Positions 36,864 through 50,352 of a DNA stretch of 64,000 nucleotides are shown in pieces. How positions within the stretch are numbered: position 1 is the stretch's first letter; every line of letters begins with the position of its first letter. The position numbers and the translations under genes are program-made. Below the pieces are notes generated by a model. The model saw only the letters and a program-made list of their open reading frames with translations, searched no databases and had not been told where the DNA came from. The DNA lies in assembly GCA_002633005.1 (NCBI GenBank), contig NMRA01000186.1, positions 537,479 to 601,478 on the forward strand. Direction: 5' to 3'. The stretch comes from Phoronis australis. Its lineage: Eukaryota; Animalia; Phoronida.

Positions 36864-37439
36864 AGCTGACGTCATCAANGGCTAAGGCCCCTCGGGCGAT
36901 AATTCTCCAAAATCCACTCGGGCTCTAGATAACGGGGGATAACGACTTCGCCATGTAATAATCTATATATATTTCTATGAATGTGACAACAAGTTTCTTA
37001 TGGATCCTATTACCACAGTACACTGTGCTCCCTACTTGGGACATTTTACATGCGAAGAATTGAATGATGACACTGGTCGGGGCTATAATCCAACTGCTGT
37101 CTAGTGGTTTGATAATTATGTTGCACATCCAGCAGAATTAATGAGGAACATAATGTAATAACATTATACAAATGTTTAGGTTGTAAGAAACATATTTCTT
37201 GTCTGATTTTCAAAATTCAAGAACCTAGTCGCATGTATTTTTCACTAACTATACAAATATGCTGTTAAAAAACTTTCTAACAAAAAATTAAGAATTCTAT
37301 TGTCGGTCCAGTCTGCAGCCTGAGGCAATGTAATTAACTACTGTATAGTGTGGTGTCTTTGATCAATGCCAACAGATTTCGAGTTACTCAAATCGGTAGA
37401 GTTGCCCAATCTCAACCAGTGGTGGTGTCAGTGTGGGAT

Positions 37440-38700
37440 TCTTTTCATGTATATTTTCTTCTTTTTATGCCTCAGTTCCTTGACGGATTTTCATGAAATT
37501 TAATAAATAGGTTTCAATGAAGGGTGATAACACTATCCCATTTTTAGACAGATTTAATGTATTCTATACCATCCAGTGAATATTTTTATTATCTTTGCCT
37601 TTTTTCAAACAAACTGCTCAAAGGATCATTATAAAAATTGGCATATGAGTTACTACTGATGAGCACGGATGACGTTTTTGGTGTTTTGCCTGTGGCTCGA
37701 TATACCAAGTTCCTTGATGGATATTCATGAAATTTGGTAGTGTTCCTAGCAAAGGTTGTGTACAACTGACGGTGGATTTTGGAACAATTCTGACTTCAAT
37801 TGTGGATTCCCCTGTGGCAATTTTGGTTTTCTCTGTGTTTGTAGTCTTCCGAGAAGGTACAAGTTTGTCGGTACATGGCTGTCATTGAGGAAGCAGAGGG
37901 GCCTAGTAGGACGAGTGTCCGCTTCCTTTATTTAAGGTCATGGGTTTGAGTTAAATTGGGGCACACTGCCAGACCCTTGAGCCACTGGTCTCTATAATTT
38001 CCTTGAAAATGGTCCCTGGTGATCAATGTAGGCCCTGACCTGAGCAGCCTCATTGCACATCTAATACAACATGAACCAGATGCCTCAATAATTTTCATGT
38101 ACCCACTTGCACGCACACTCACACGAACACACACAAACCCACGCACGCACGCACACACTCAAACACACACATGTGGTCGCATATTGCCGTCACTTTGTCC
38201 GAGTGTTCATTCGTTATATGGAAAAAACCTGGTCGTATTTTGATTAAATTTGGCACAAGAGTGTAGAGGATCACTAGATCAGTTCGTGCCATCTTTCAAT
38301 GTGCCCTGCCCTCTGGGTTCAGGGGGTTTGGCTTTTCAGTATTTGTGCATTTCCGCATGGTATCTAGAGAACCTGTTGTTGGATTTCAATGAAACTTGGC
38401 ACAGATGTATACGCCCGCAATGTTTGATTTTCTGGTAGATTCGACCACTGCATCACATCCTAGTGGCCATTTTGTGTGGGCACGCTTCTGGATGATAGAA
38501 AACTGAGTGATTTCAATGAAAGTTGACATTGGACACTGAGGTTTGTGATGGTAATGCGTTGGCACCATTAAATTTTCGGACGGATTTACTAGTATTTCAC
38601 TGTAGCACCTCCTAGTGGCTATTTTGTTTTCGACAAGCGACAAATTGTTTTAGGGTTACTCACCGTGTGGACCAGTGACTTGCGCAATGCTGTTGGATCC
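37440..38700 (+). mobile_element. Degenerate HINE-like copies (fragment ~37440-37830 and copy ~38093-38700 with a CA-rich insert)
   Basis: GTGGTCGCATATTGCCGTCA head shared with the 34985 copy; GATTTTCATGAAATTT and CCTAGTGGC core motifs. Confidence 0.65.
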
Positions 38701-38721
38701 ATTGTTTCTACTACTAAAATT

Positions 38722-38853
38722 GCTTTGTGTGACAAACTGATAAGGTAGTGTCACCAGTCACATTCCATTTACAAGTGAACATTGTGCACTGCCAGTGGAA
38801 CTTGCAGTGTCCCTCCTAACGCAGGGGCGGATCCAGAATTTTGAGTTTGGGGG
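38722..38853 (+). repeat. Near-identical duplicate of 30841-30996
   Basis: GCTTTGTGTGACAAACTGATAAGG...CAGGGGCGGATCCAG..TTTTGAGTTTGGGGGG at both sites. Confidence 0.85.
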
Positions 38854-39174
38854 GCCAGGGCCCATCAGGCATTCGCACCCCCAAAATGCCAAATGAAATA
38901 TGGTAGAATTTTTGGGGGGCCATGGCCCCCTTGGCTCCCTTATAAATGCATCACTGTAACGGACAGTATATTGAGAACTATTTTTGTAGCCCACCATTCG
39001 CGAGAGCAATGTACCACATTGCTACCAATTCCTGTCCACACCAAAGTGGTTATACTTTTAAAAAACATTATATAAATGTTTTGATGTTTAACTGTATGTA
39101 ATTGTACCCTGTTTAAACCAAAGTGGTTTTAATTCATAAAACAGATTTAGCAGCATTTATAACCCTCTCATAGG

Positions 39175-39318
39175 CATGGGCGGCGCAGCACTGAAAAAAG
39201 TGGGGGGCTAAAGCCCCCTCAGCCGTCCTGTGGTGCACTGCCTATAGACCACGTGCGGCGTAGCACTGAAAAAGTGGGATGCTATAGCCCCCCAGCCCCC
39301 TATGGTTTGCCGCCCATG
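39175..39318 (+). mobile_element. Short MITE (CATGGGCGGC...GCCGCCCATG), copy 2
   Basis: 10-bp TIRs; internal duplication of AGCACTGAAAAAGTGGG. Confidence 0.7.
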
Positions 39319-41019
39319 TTAGGGTGGTTTAGCAAGACTGGTTGTAACCATTGTAACTGTGTGTACTGGCATGGTAGTTGCAAAAGTTACAATTTCGTAA
39401 GTGGCGCTACTGTTAACTCTCATTGGAAATATTGCATATACTGATTCACTTACTGGAATTGAAATATATAAAACTGACTACTTGGACTAACCACATACTA
39501 TGGTTACAACAGTTATGAGGACTTTTCATTCTGACATTCGGTCTGAGCGGAGTGTCGACATAAACTGTGAAGTTTAATTAATTAAACCATTCGTACCAGC
39601 TTCAGTAGTTAACGGACATCAAAGTAAATGGTAGGTGGCGCTGTTGTCATCGAAGTAATTGCAAGGTTGTGCTGCATGCTAAATTTTTTTAATGTGACAA
39701 TTGGGAACATTTACATGTGCTAATTGGCTTAAAACTTATTTTTAATTTGATCAACTATTAGTGACGATTCTACCCTTTAATTGTTGTCGATAATAGTTGC
39801 ACCTAGTGATCATGGAAATAAAGTTTGCTTTACAGGGATCTGGAATGTCCCTTGGCATCATAGCACCTCTTTCTGTCACTGCAGGAGTCGATATTAATAT
39901 TTAAAAGGCCCAGGCTTGAATCCACCGTTGTGACCTCAATGATCTGTTTAGCTGGATGGAAAATCAGGCGTTGAAATGTTTCCTACATTTTGTGGAGCTG
40001 AGTAACCTTGATAATGTTGCGACTTAAAAGTTTTGTGGAGAGATCGAGAAGGTATATGGCCATGATGGAACAGGCTTTGCTCTTGTCGTCAACCTTCCTT
40101 GTACCATGTGCATTACGTCTTGTTCAATTTTGGACTGTCGTTTTTCTAGACATGGACTAATTTCATTCAGGTTGATATGAACAGCCTAAAATTTTGTGCA
40201 AATCTTTATTGACACTAGCTTGTTAACCCTTTGCAGGTGTCAACTGTGCTGATGATTTTAATACTGACGCATTTCATGGCCTGCAGATAACACATGCAAG
40301 AAGATCCCTCTCAAGGCCATTACAGAGATTAGATTGGATTTTAGTACTGTTTTCATTTCCTTGTGAATTCATGAGGAAACTAAATCTATCTTGATCATGT
40401 GCCAACATGTCACAGTCACCATGTGTGTGCATGTGTTTAAGTGCGAGTTATATATATATATATAACTTTTGGCATTTGACATGGGATGCATCAGTTTTTG
40501 ATGCTTGGAGGTAGATATTTCAATGTTCACACAAGAGGTAAGATGTGATGTACAGTATATTTGCATATTTTGTGTGTTACTGTTTATATTTCTTGCAATT
40601 GGAATGTCCATGTGTAATATTTGTAATATTCTACATCTTCGTCTAATTCTTTGTAAAGGTTGATAATTTTTTGATAATAATTAACATTAATGGTCTTTTA
40701 CTGTGTGTCTGATTAGTAAGTTGTTCAAGTCCAATGTTAGTTTGTTTGACACAATGCAGGTTTATTGCCACTTTAAAGTTAAAACATGTTATTGATTTCG
40801 GTATTGTTTAAAATGGGTAATTTGTTACTATTGCCTCACTTCAATTTGAAAAAAGACTCTTGTTAATGTGATGGGTATGAATTACGATACGTACAAAATA
40901 TGGCTGCCAGGGAAATTTTATTTTGCCAGAATTTTCATCATAAAACAAACTTTTGTGAATTATGGCGCAAATTCAGTTATATGTTAATGTTATAAAACAA
41001 AATTTCACTATTTGCAAAA

Positions 41020-41300
41020 TGATTCGTTAGCTCACAAATAGATGACAAGTGAAATTCTATTTTGCCAAATTTCTCTACAAAAATAAAGATTAGCTTGATT
41101 TGCACTGGGTAGATGTCATAAAACTATGCGTTTGGTAAAGTTTCCAGCACTTAGCATGGTAATGAGCCTTAGAAAAATAGGAAAATGCCAGTTTTGTTAT
41201 GCGGCTGCTTTTGCGGGAATTAGTAGAGAATTGAAGTCAGTCTCTTGAAAGTAGAAAAAGCAAAATTAGTGTGCAAAATCATTGTTTTCCAATGTGACCA
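41020..41300 (+). repeat. Interspersed repeat, also at ~60510-60745 and ~62840-63070
   Basis: shared GAAATTCTAT...ACAAAAATAA(A)GAT...AGATG(T/G)CATAAAAA blocks. Confidence 0.65.
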
Positions 41301-41573
41301 CTCTATTTTTTCCCTTAACTTTGTCACATCTGCAGATTAGACTAGATGCATGGTTGAATGTTTACACACGGTATTGTCTGTGTTAACGAATTTGCATGCT
41401 CGGCTGAACACGCATCACCTATTTTTTCAAAACTTATACTTTCAATGCCCATATTTGGGTAGTCACTCAGTTCAATGATAAACACAGCATGTTGTAACCT
41501 GGTTTTATGTCTTAACGTTTTCCAGATTGGCAGATTGATGAGCAGGCGATATGAGAAGGTATGAAGCTGCAAG

Positions 41574-41659
41574 ATGGCCGACGTTCTAAACCACTGCGCC
41601 AAGTATGGTTATTTGCAGCAAGTCAAAGAGTTGGTAGAGGCTGGAGCTGATGTCAACAA
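41574..41659 (+). CDS. Ankyrin-repeat / coiled-coil / pseudokinase protein, coding exon 1
   Basis: aagATGG start, in-frame upstream TGA; MADVLNHCAKYGYLQQVKELVEAGADVNK is an ankyrin repeat; acceptor ttttccag| at 41525, donor AA|GTTAGT, phase 2. Confidence 0.85.
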
Positions 41660-42522
41660 GTTAGTGGAACATTCCTTCTCCTACCTTTGTATGCCAGCAC
41701 TAAGGTATATTATAGTACCGGTGTCTGGCCAGAGTTATCTCCACATGTTACCACATACTATGTGTTTCAGTGGAAAATGCACGCATTATGTTGGAATCTT
41801 GTCGTCAAGTAAATGTCAAATGACCCGGATTTGATACCTGGGTTTCATTTCTGCTGCTTCCCTTAAACTCTTAAATTTGAAATTTTCAAAATTGGTTGAA
41901 GACAATTCTTTACCAAGATATTTTTCAGCGACTCACAAAATGTCAATTTTCACGACATGTTGTTTGGCAGCAATTGATGAGGTGATTCGTGGTCTAGCCA
42001 GTGTCGCCACCTAGTGACTGTTATCCTGTGTTCGCTATTTATAAGTTTTGACTCGTTCACACTGTGTGGATTGATCCGTGTCAGCTCCTGTTTACATGAC
42101 ATTCTCAGAAATTGTGACAGGAAATCACTTTATGTGCTCGCTCAATGTACATTGAATGCCTGTATGCATGTACTGTGCAAGGACATTTGAGAGGCCTGCC
42201 TGTTTCCTCTTTGCACTATTTCCCCCTTGCCATTGGAACATGGTGATGGGAGCTTAATTCGCCCTAATGAAAAACATTTTGTCAAATTCCCTTTAGCACA
42301 TGTGGTTGTGTAAGTTTTTCATGGAAAGTTGAAATGAGACCATTAAAGGACAATGAACCTACAGGTTAGATCAGTTGCTAAGTCATGGTATGTCAGATAA
42401 ATTCATATTGATTGGAAACACCTAATGGTTTTGTAATGAGGAAACCCTGCAATTTTCAGCTTTCACAGTGAGATAACAATCACAGTGGGTATACCATTTC
42501 TGCTATTGAGGTGCAATTTAAA

Positions 42523-44686
42523 TTTTTATGTGCCTGCTCCCACATATTTATATTATGTCATCTCTGTCCGGCCGTCCGTCCGTCTTCCAACGTCAGCTGC
42601 TGTATCTCCAAAACCCCCGTGATGTATGTTCATAAAATTTTGCAGATATGTTCCTTACACAGATGGGACCGCAGGAGTGACTACTGATGTACGTTTTAGT
42701 GGCCATTTAATTTTTTATGTTTGCCTCTGTATCTTCGGTGTTCTGGATATATATTACGCCACCTAGTGGCCATTTTTACTGTTTTCGGGTATGCATGACG
42801 GTGACATCCCGTTGCTCCCAACTTGTTCGATTCTATAGCCCAACAACAATTAAGTTGGGAAGTTTACCCCTGGAGCCAATATCTTACACGACTGATTAAC
42901 TCCGTTCGGGCATTTATGGTTTGAGATAATGCGCTCTTTTGTTCGATAATTGCTCTAATCTCCGATCAGATCATATCTAGACTGACTGGGCTGGGCTGAT
43001 AAAAATGAAAGTTAAGTTATAACATATTTGAGCTTAAACCAATAGAATTTCTGAAGTCCTTGTCAAATGCTGATCATGTTCCGTTTTTGAATCACCAAAA
43101 TCACCCAACTACAACAGAAATAAGACAATCTATTCTGTTCAAACGGATGCGCTGGGTTTGACTGTGTTCATATGTGTTCGGTAATAGCAACTACCATACC
43201 TTTCCTTTGAAGCCTGGGAGATAATTGGCCTGCTTGTTATCATACGGGACAAGAGACTGAGCTGGGTAGTTAACAAAAGAGCCAAATGTTATCGCACGTT
43301 CAGCACCCCTCACGTCTGGAAAAGTTACTGAACGACAGAACGCTGTAATGTTTTTTGCCATCTGCTCCCTCTATAGGCCAAACCACTCTGAGGATGATAA
43401 TGAAAATTGACATATGCTTTCCTACTTGGAAGAGGACAGCTGATGATGATTTTCGGTCGGCTCTGATTACAGTTCCTCCTCCTAGTGGCAGTTTTATTTT
43501 TTGAATCCATTGCTGTTTCTCCTGAACCCTCTGCAGGATCTTTGTTAAATTTGGTAAGTGCATGTATATGAAGGAGACAACAAGTGACAACGACATTCAG
43601 ACGTATCTAGCTACTGCTGCGTCCCCTAGTGGCAATTTTATTTAATACCGTTTTCATCTGTATCTTTGGAGTTCCTGGACTGATTTTCATGAAATTTGGC
43701 AAATAGATTTCAGTTCAAGAGGCAATGACATATTTTTGTGGTCAGATGGATTTGTTGTAGTGTATGCCACCTAGTGGCGGTTTTTTGTTATTTTTGAGTC
43801 TGTGCTTGGCATTCGTTTCTCTGTTGGTCAAATTACTCTTTAGATCTTTATGAAAATTGTTATAATACGCTTTTACTTGGGAGATGATGGTTGACAACCA
43901 TTTTTGGACATTGCTGATCACTGTGGTGCTTCCTAGTGGCAGTTTTGTTCTCTATGCATCCGTGGCTATATCTTCTAAACCCTGTGCAAGATCTTTGTTA
44001 AATTTGGCAAGTGTATTTATATGAAGGTGACAACAGATGATGATGAGGTGCACATAGATCCAACTTGCGTAGTGCTCCGTTTTCCACTGTAGTTTTGGAG
44101 TTCCTTGATGGATTTTTGTGAAATTTGACAATAATGTTTCTATTTCTTTTTGTTTTCAGATGGATTTGAAATAGTGTACGCCTCTTAGTAGCTGTTTTTA
44201 TTATGTTTCAGTCTGTTTTTGGCGTCCATCGGCCATTAACCAGCACGTAAGAATAATTATGAAAATTGGTGAATGTTTTCCTATTGGGAAGAGCAGTTGG
44301 TTGACAATTTTTGGACAGTTTGACTACTGTGGTGCCGCCAAGTGGCAGTTTGATTTTTATGCATCTGCAGCTGTATCTTCCTGTTAGGTCTTTGTGTAAT
44401 TTGGCAAGTGTATTTCTGTGAACGCGACAGCAGATGATGACGTTTGGATGTATCTGCCTACCAGAGTGTGCCCCCCAGAGCCAGTTTTAATTTATTCGGG
44501 CTTGGCAGGTGTGTTCCTATTGGGGAGAGCATTGCTGACATGCAGCGCACCACCTAGAACCTAGTTTAAGTTTACTAGCATTGCTCTAGTTTAGTGGGAA
44601 TGTTTAAAAAAATAATCATCCCTTGTGTCTGTGCTATATGTGATGCACACGGTGGGCGCATGTCATCGCTCCATGTTGCTGTTGTA
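42523..44686 (+). mobile_element. HINE-like element interrupted by a nested MITE at 42792-43345
   Basis: TTTTTATGTGCC head, (GTCC)n, core repeats resuming after the insertion, 3' subTIR GTGGGCGCAT. Confidence 0.78.
42792..43345 (-). mobile_element. MITE family copy 3, nested in the HINE
   Basis: reverse-complement homology to 7277-7904 and 22455-22970. Confidence 0.72.
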
Positions 44687-47600
44687 GACTTAATTTCAAA
44701 ATTGTCCTCTTAGCCTGTGATTTCTCTTTTACCTGTCTGTTGAAATCGCAGTTATCGTTTTGATACAATCTCAAGTCCTTTACCCTATAGCCCATTACTC
44801 AGCACACTTGAATGCTACCTGACTGAAAATTTACCCCTGGCCCAAATTGGCCAATTGTTACACCACTACACATAGAACCTTGGTCAGTGTGAACAATAAA
44901 CCAGGTGGTCCTATTAGTTGTGATTCAGGGACACACTGAAAACTTATAAGAACAAAGCATCATTTAGCTGTACACAAACAAGTCTAGATGTTGTAGAACA
45001 AGACACCCACATTTTTACTGTGTGTAAATTGCATGGAGAGTATTGACCAAATATGGCATGTGAATCACTGCAAACCTTAGAACCTGAGTGTTTAGTTGCA
45101 TTCATAATTTCATAGTCACTTGGGTTGTGTATTGATTGATGTGCGGACAATTAAGTTCTTGTCAGGTTTTTATATTTAATAAGTTAATGATAACTTTATT
45201 TGTTTTGATGTGGAAGTGAAAATATGATAATTTGTATTTGCCTAATCTGAAAAGCCAAGTACTAAAACAATGGCGTTGTTCTCATACCTCAGTTGAACTA
45301 GACTAAAAGAAACCAGAAAGATTAAGAAAAATGGATCATTTGGAAATGTCAAAGAATGTTTTGAGTTGTGTCTAACAGGCTAGCTGTATTATGAAATTTG
45401 CACATTTTAAAAAGGTGCGTATGCTTTTCTACCTCCATTAGAGAAAAAGGTTGTAGATGGGGAATAGAAGTTGAGTCAAGCGAAAATTGGGTCAAGCGAA
45501 AGATGCCATTGTGTTCACACAATGCTTAAGAGTTGTTTCCTGTTCACTCTTAACTGCACTGATAATTGAAAAGTATTATAAATGTACAAAAACACATGTA
45601 AATAACAATCAATTTAAGATGAGCACAACTATGTAACGGATAGCTGCCTTAACTGCCCACATCCAAAGTACTGAAGTAAAAAATTCTATACAGACATGAG
45701 TGTGACTTATGAACGTACCCAGCACTAGTCTGTCACATCCACCAACAGGCAGCGCTAGTTTGTCATATGTCCACCAATACGCATGTTTCTTGTACAAACG
45801 TGTGATATATCTTCACTTCTCTGATGTCCACTGGGAAAGTGAAAAGAGACACAGCTTGGTCAAATACTAATTTGTCAGAACCGCCCTGCCATTTCTTATT
45901 GTACCATGTAAAGCATAGGAAAACGAGCAGCAATATCTGACTATTTTCATACTAAATGCAATAGAGGATGTCTCAAGTGCTGTGATTGGTTGTCCCGGTT
46001 TTAAGTAGTATGTGTCGACCAATAAGTGCTCGAAACTCAAGATCAGCTAATTAACATATTGTCGTGATAGTGGATGTTTTAATTTGACAGTTGATCGACT
46101 GGTGGGGTTGTTTTTTCGTGTTTTTGATATGAAATTGGTGACGTTTCCTTGTTGATAGTGACAGTGAAATGTTGCTGATGACATGGGCAGTACAGACACT
46201 GAGACGTGTAGGGATCAGAAAAACCTTTAGCAGGAACTGGAAATTCAAAAGATGGCATTACCAGTGTCATATGGGTCCTACCCATAGTAATGCCTGCTAG
46301 TATTTCTGCTTCCAATGTATTCATATTTCTTCATTAACACTGCCTACCATAAAAAATCTCCAGTTTGGAAGTCTGTAAAATTTGGTAACAATGAAATTCC
46401 GTCAAAAATTGAATTTACTCTATTCTTAAAACTGGAACAAGGGCCATATTGGGGTTCATCATATTTCTCAAATATCAGACATTGCGTTTTGTTCACAAAA
46501 GAATCTCGGCCTTAAGACTTGGCAGTTCATAAAATTTTCTACACTAGTTTCACGCTTCATCATAGAGTGATCTACGCCAGAATGAACGTGTCATCATAAT
46601 TCTTAAATTTGGATGACCAATACTGCTTATTTCTATAATTTCATATAAGCTCTGCCTTTGCAACAAAATATAATTTTCCATTTTTCTAAGCCGGATACTT
46701 TTTACCATTCAATAGTGTTAAATATTGAGTCTTCTTTAAATGTTCCAGTAATCATGATGTTCTAGACAGTAATGATATGCCCCTAAAATGGCATGAAAAA
46801 GTTCTTATAGTTTCGATCTTAGGGAAAATGATAATTTGGTGCATGCCCGTTTTTAAGTCATAACTTAATATGTTTCTTCATTGATAGAGCTTGTGACTGA
46901 TTGGCCATACCACATCCTGCTATGGGAAATAAATATCCTGTGTATTGACAACACCTGTGTGTGTGTTATAATTTTTGTCCAGACAGACAGTGCGATTTTT
47001 CCTTCAATCTCACAAAGCAATGCTCAGTACAGTTAACTGGAAAGTCCTTAGTACTCAGTCAACTTGTATTGGCACTAATCCAAAATAAAGACATCTGGAT
47101 GACATGACAGTGACGTGATTATGTGTTCTTTTTGATTGCTTGTATTGAAAGTATTGCGGTATATGATTCTAGTTGCCTAAAGGAGTTAAGTCAGAAAAAG
47201 CATTTTCTAGTGATACAGCCCATTTTACTGTGTTTATCTCATTCAGTAAATTCTGTACTCTAACTTCCAGCTCATCCTAGTTTGTGCATGGCATAAGGAA
47301 GAAAAGGGATTATTTGTCTAATGTAGGCTAACAAAACAAACAACAAGACAAATGTTCTCCAGATGCATTCTAGCTGGTCCTAATAGGTGTTTAAAATATT
47401 TCTTCAACTTTTAATTTGAAAAAGTAGTACCAAGGACATCCCAAGGAGGTAATAAGATTACGTAACAAAATGAGGGTTCTTGCACAAACCACACTTACAT
47501 AGCTTGCAATTTAAAGAACATGAACGCCTATTTAGAAAATTGCATGTTGCTGAATACTAGACATCCCATACAGAGTACATATCCATGCAAGTTTGTGAAT

Positions 47601-48547
47601 TGTTGCTAAATGATACAATTGTGTCGAGTCTATACCAGTTGGTTTGCAAGTAGCCTAGATGTTATTTGCAAGGCCATCACTACTGTTCAAAGTAGTGTAA
47701 AAGTGGCTCATTGAGACTGATCAAGATGAGTTAGTGGTGAACTCTTCTTCAAACAAATGTTTATATAGACAGTAAGCCTCTCTCAGAATTAGTCATTGGC
47801 GCCTGGCCAAGTTCAATGACTCAAAACTGTGAAGTCTAGTTTCTGACCTTCAGAACATCTGACAAGGAAATAACTCCAAGGAAATAGTTCTTTTTAACAA
47901 TGGTTCCTTTGTTGGGCAAAACCTGACATGATAATGTTCTATTCTGGTTGGCAGTGTCTGGAAACATTTTTGTTGCACAACAAATTTCCCACTGTTGTTT
48001 TTAGATTAAGTGCTGCTGAGACATTACAAAAATGTCTCGCAAAAAGGTGAACGTCTGGCATATAAAACTTTCCAAAATGTAATATTTGTGTCAATTTGAA
48101 GGGACTCATTCAGTGCATTTTTAATCTCACACGTTTTTGTCTTGATAGGCAATCATTGTCTGCCTCCCATCTTAATGAGTTCTTTCAAGACTGCTTCCCA
48201 TAGGAAAAATCGAGACTTGGAATCTGATACATAGGAGTCTCCTTCTGGAGAATCATTTTTTTAAATTGGGCTTTGAGTCTCCGCTACTCAACTGGTTATC
48301 AAAAGTAGTTGTATTCGCACATATTACCTGCAGTGTTTTCTCCATTTTCTCTCATTTGCATTAAAAAAATTCAGGTCCAGGTGCAGTGTGGCAGTCAAAT
48401 GAATTTTATGTCACGGTTGCAAAGAAAAATTATTTTTAAGAAACTTTTAGTCGCCATTATTATTTGTGCGATATAGGTGTTCCCCAAACAATACATTTGT
48501 GTGCATTAAGTAGTTGGAAATTGACAGTTTGCTCTTCCTATTTGCAG

Positions 48548-48730
48548 GAAATCTGGGGAGGAGCGTGGTAGTGCATTGTATTTTGCTGCATGCTACGGTC
48601 ATGTTGAAATCTGTCAGTTACTTCTGGACAACGGTGCTGATGTGAACAGTCCAGTGAAATGGGGGTCAACAGCACTACACGCTGTCTGCGACCGAGGTCA
48701 TGGACAAGTGCTCAACTTGTTACTATCAAG
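48548..48730 (+). CDS. ANK-pseudokinase gene, exon 2 (two ankyrin repeats)
   Basis: acceptor atttgcag|, donor AG|GTAAGT; GSALYFAACYGHVEICQLLLDNGADVN...GSTALHAVCDRGHGQVLNLLLS. Confidence 0.93.
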
Positions 48731-50146
48731 GTAAGTTACCATGAAAATAATTCCTTCATTGACATCCTATTTTTGTTGACTTTTTTGTGAATTATAAACA
48801 GTGTACATTTCTTAAAATGTCCCTGTGTATCACTTTTGGTCAGTTCTGATTCTTGACAATTGATCATTATCAGTTATGGGACCTATAATCATTGACAATT
48901 GATCACCTATAATCATTGACAATATTTTAATGTTTCCTCAGTCCACTTGTGAATACTCATTGATATGCTGAAGTTTCCTCAAATTCGAATAGAAACACTT
49001 GCCAAAATTGTTATTTCCATTTTATGAAAATTTGCATCTGCTTTGTTAAAAATGATCAGAATTTCATCACATGTTTGAAGAATTCAGCTGCACAATGTAA
49101 TAAAGTATAATTATTTTAGTCTTCTGTCGTGTTGCGTTCAAAAATGAAGTAACTTTACCGTGCTTTGTGGCACTCATTCGACCCATTTCATGGCATTTTG
49201 AACTTTGTCAATAATTAATGTACACTTCCAGATTTTGCTAAGAGGCCTGCTTATCAAGAACTCTGATCTAATGACTTATTTTGTGGAGTAGAGCCATTGG
49301 CTAAAAATAACTGGCTATCTTGAATGGATATATTTTGATTTTTTGAGCTTTTTGGCTTCCGAACTTCTTAAGATTTGCCAAATTAGAAGCGATAGGTTTG
49401 TACTGCCATTGATGAATGGTTTTAGTAACTGTGAGCCATGATGGTAAATAATTGGGCTGTGAGTCGTAATGCCAGACAAAAATTCACGGGAATGCTTAAC
49501 AATGTGTGGACCAACATCGCTGTCATCTGCAGTTGAAACCAAACAGGTTTTTGTGACACGTGCACTTGAATTATTAACAATCGCCCATGCTCGGGGCCTG
49601 CAGTCTATTATTTGTTCTCGAAAACAAAGTCATTTTTTCATGTTGTTCATGGTACTCTAGTACAAAATCAAGATAAGTGTTTATGTTGGTGTGCTTGAGT
49701 ATTGTATGGAAAAGCTGATGAATGCCCAGTCCACTTGATGACCTCTTGAGTTGAGCTACTAATTTGAAAGTCAGAGTACAATGCTACTGCCGTCAAGTAC
49801 AAGGCAGGGTTAGACAGTGATGAGCCTAAACCACCGTTTACTCGAGCACATAACAATAGGCTCTTATCTTGAGTTTGCGCAAAAGTAGAAAGGAAATCAT
49901 GAAACATAATTTCGAGTTTTGTTTTGAGTGTAAAAATTACACTACTCCAGGTCTAGGTTTGTGATTAACATTATGCTGTTGTTTTGTACTTTCTGGTTTT
50001 CAAATGATCTTATTTTTCTCTGCCTGGTCTTCCTGTGCACTTCTCCGAGTTCTTGTTCACCCAATCATTTCCGACACATGCACACATCCGCTCGTGCTAT
50101 TGCGCTGAAACCCCTGTGCTCAACAAATTGAGTTTTTTCAATTCAG

Positions 50147-50352
50147 CAACCCTGATGTGAACTACCAAAACAATAACGGAGACACATGTCTTCATGTGGC
50201 GGCCTATCGTGGTTACCTGGAGCTTACTCGTAAACTAGTTGAGGCTGGTGCAGAGGTTAGACTGCGCAACAGGAAAGGCAAGACTGCCCAGGAAGAGGCT
50301 GATGCCAGAGGTCACTTGCAGGTTGCAAAATACTTAGCAGAAGTTGCTCTCA
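50147..50352 (+). CDS. ANK-pseudokinase gene, exon 3 (ankyrin repeats)
   Basis: acceptor caattcag|, donor A|GTGAGT; DVNYQNNNGDTCLHVAAYRGYLELTRKLVEAGAEVRLRNRKGKTAQEEA. Confidence 0.93.
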
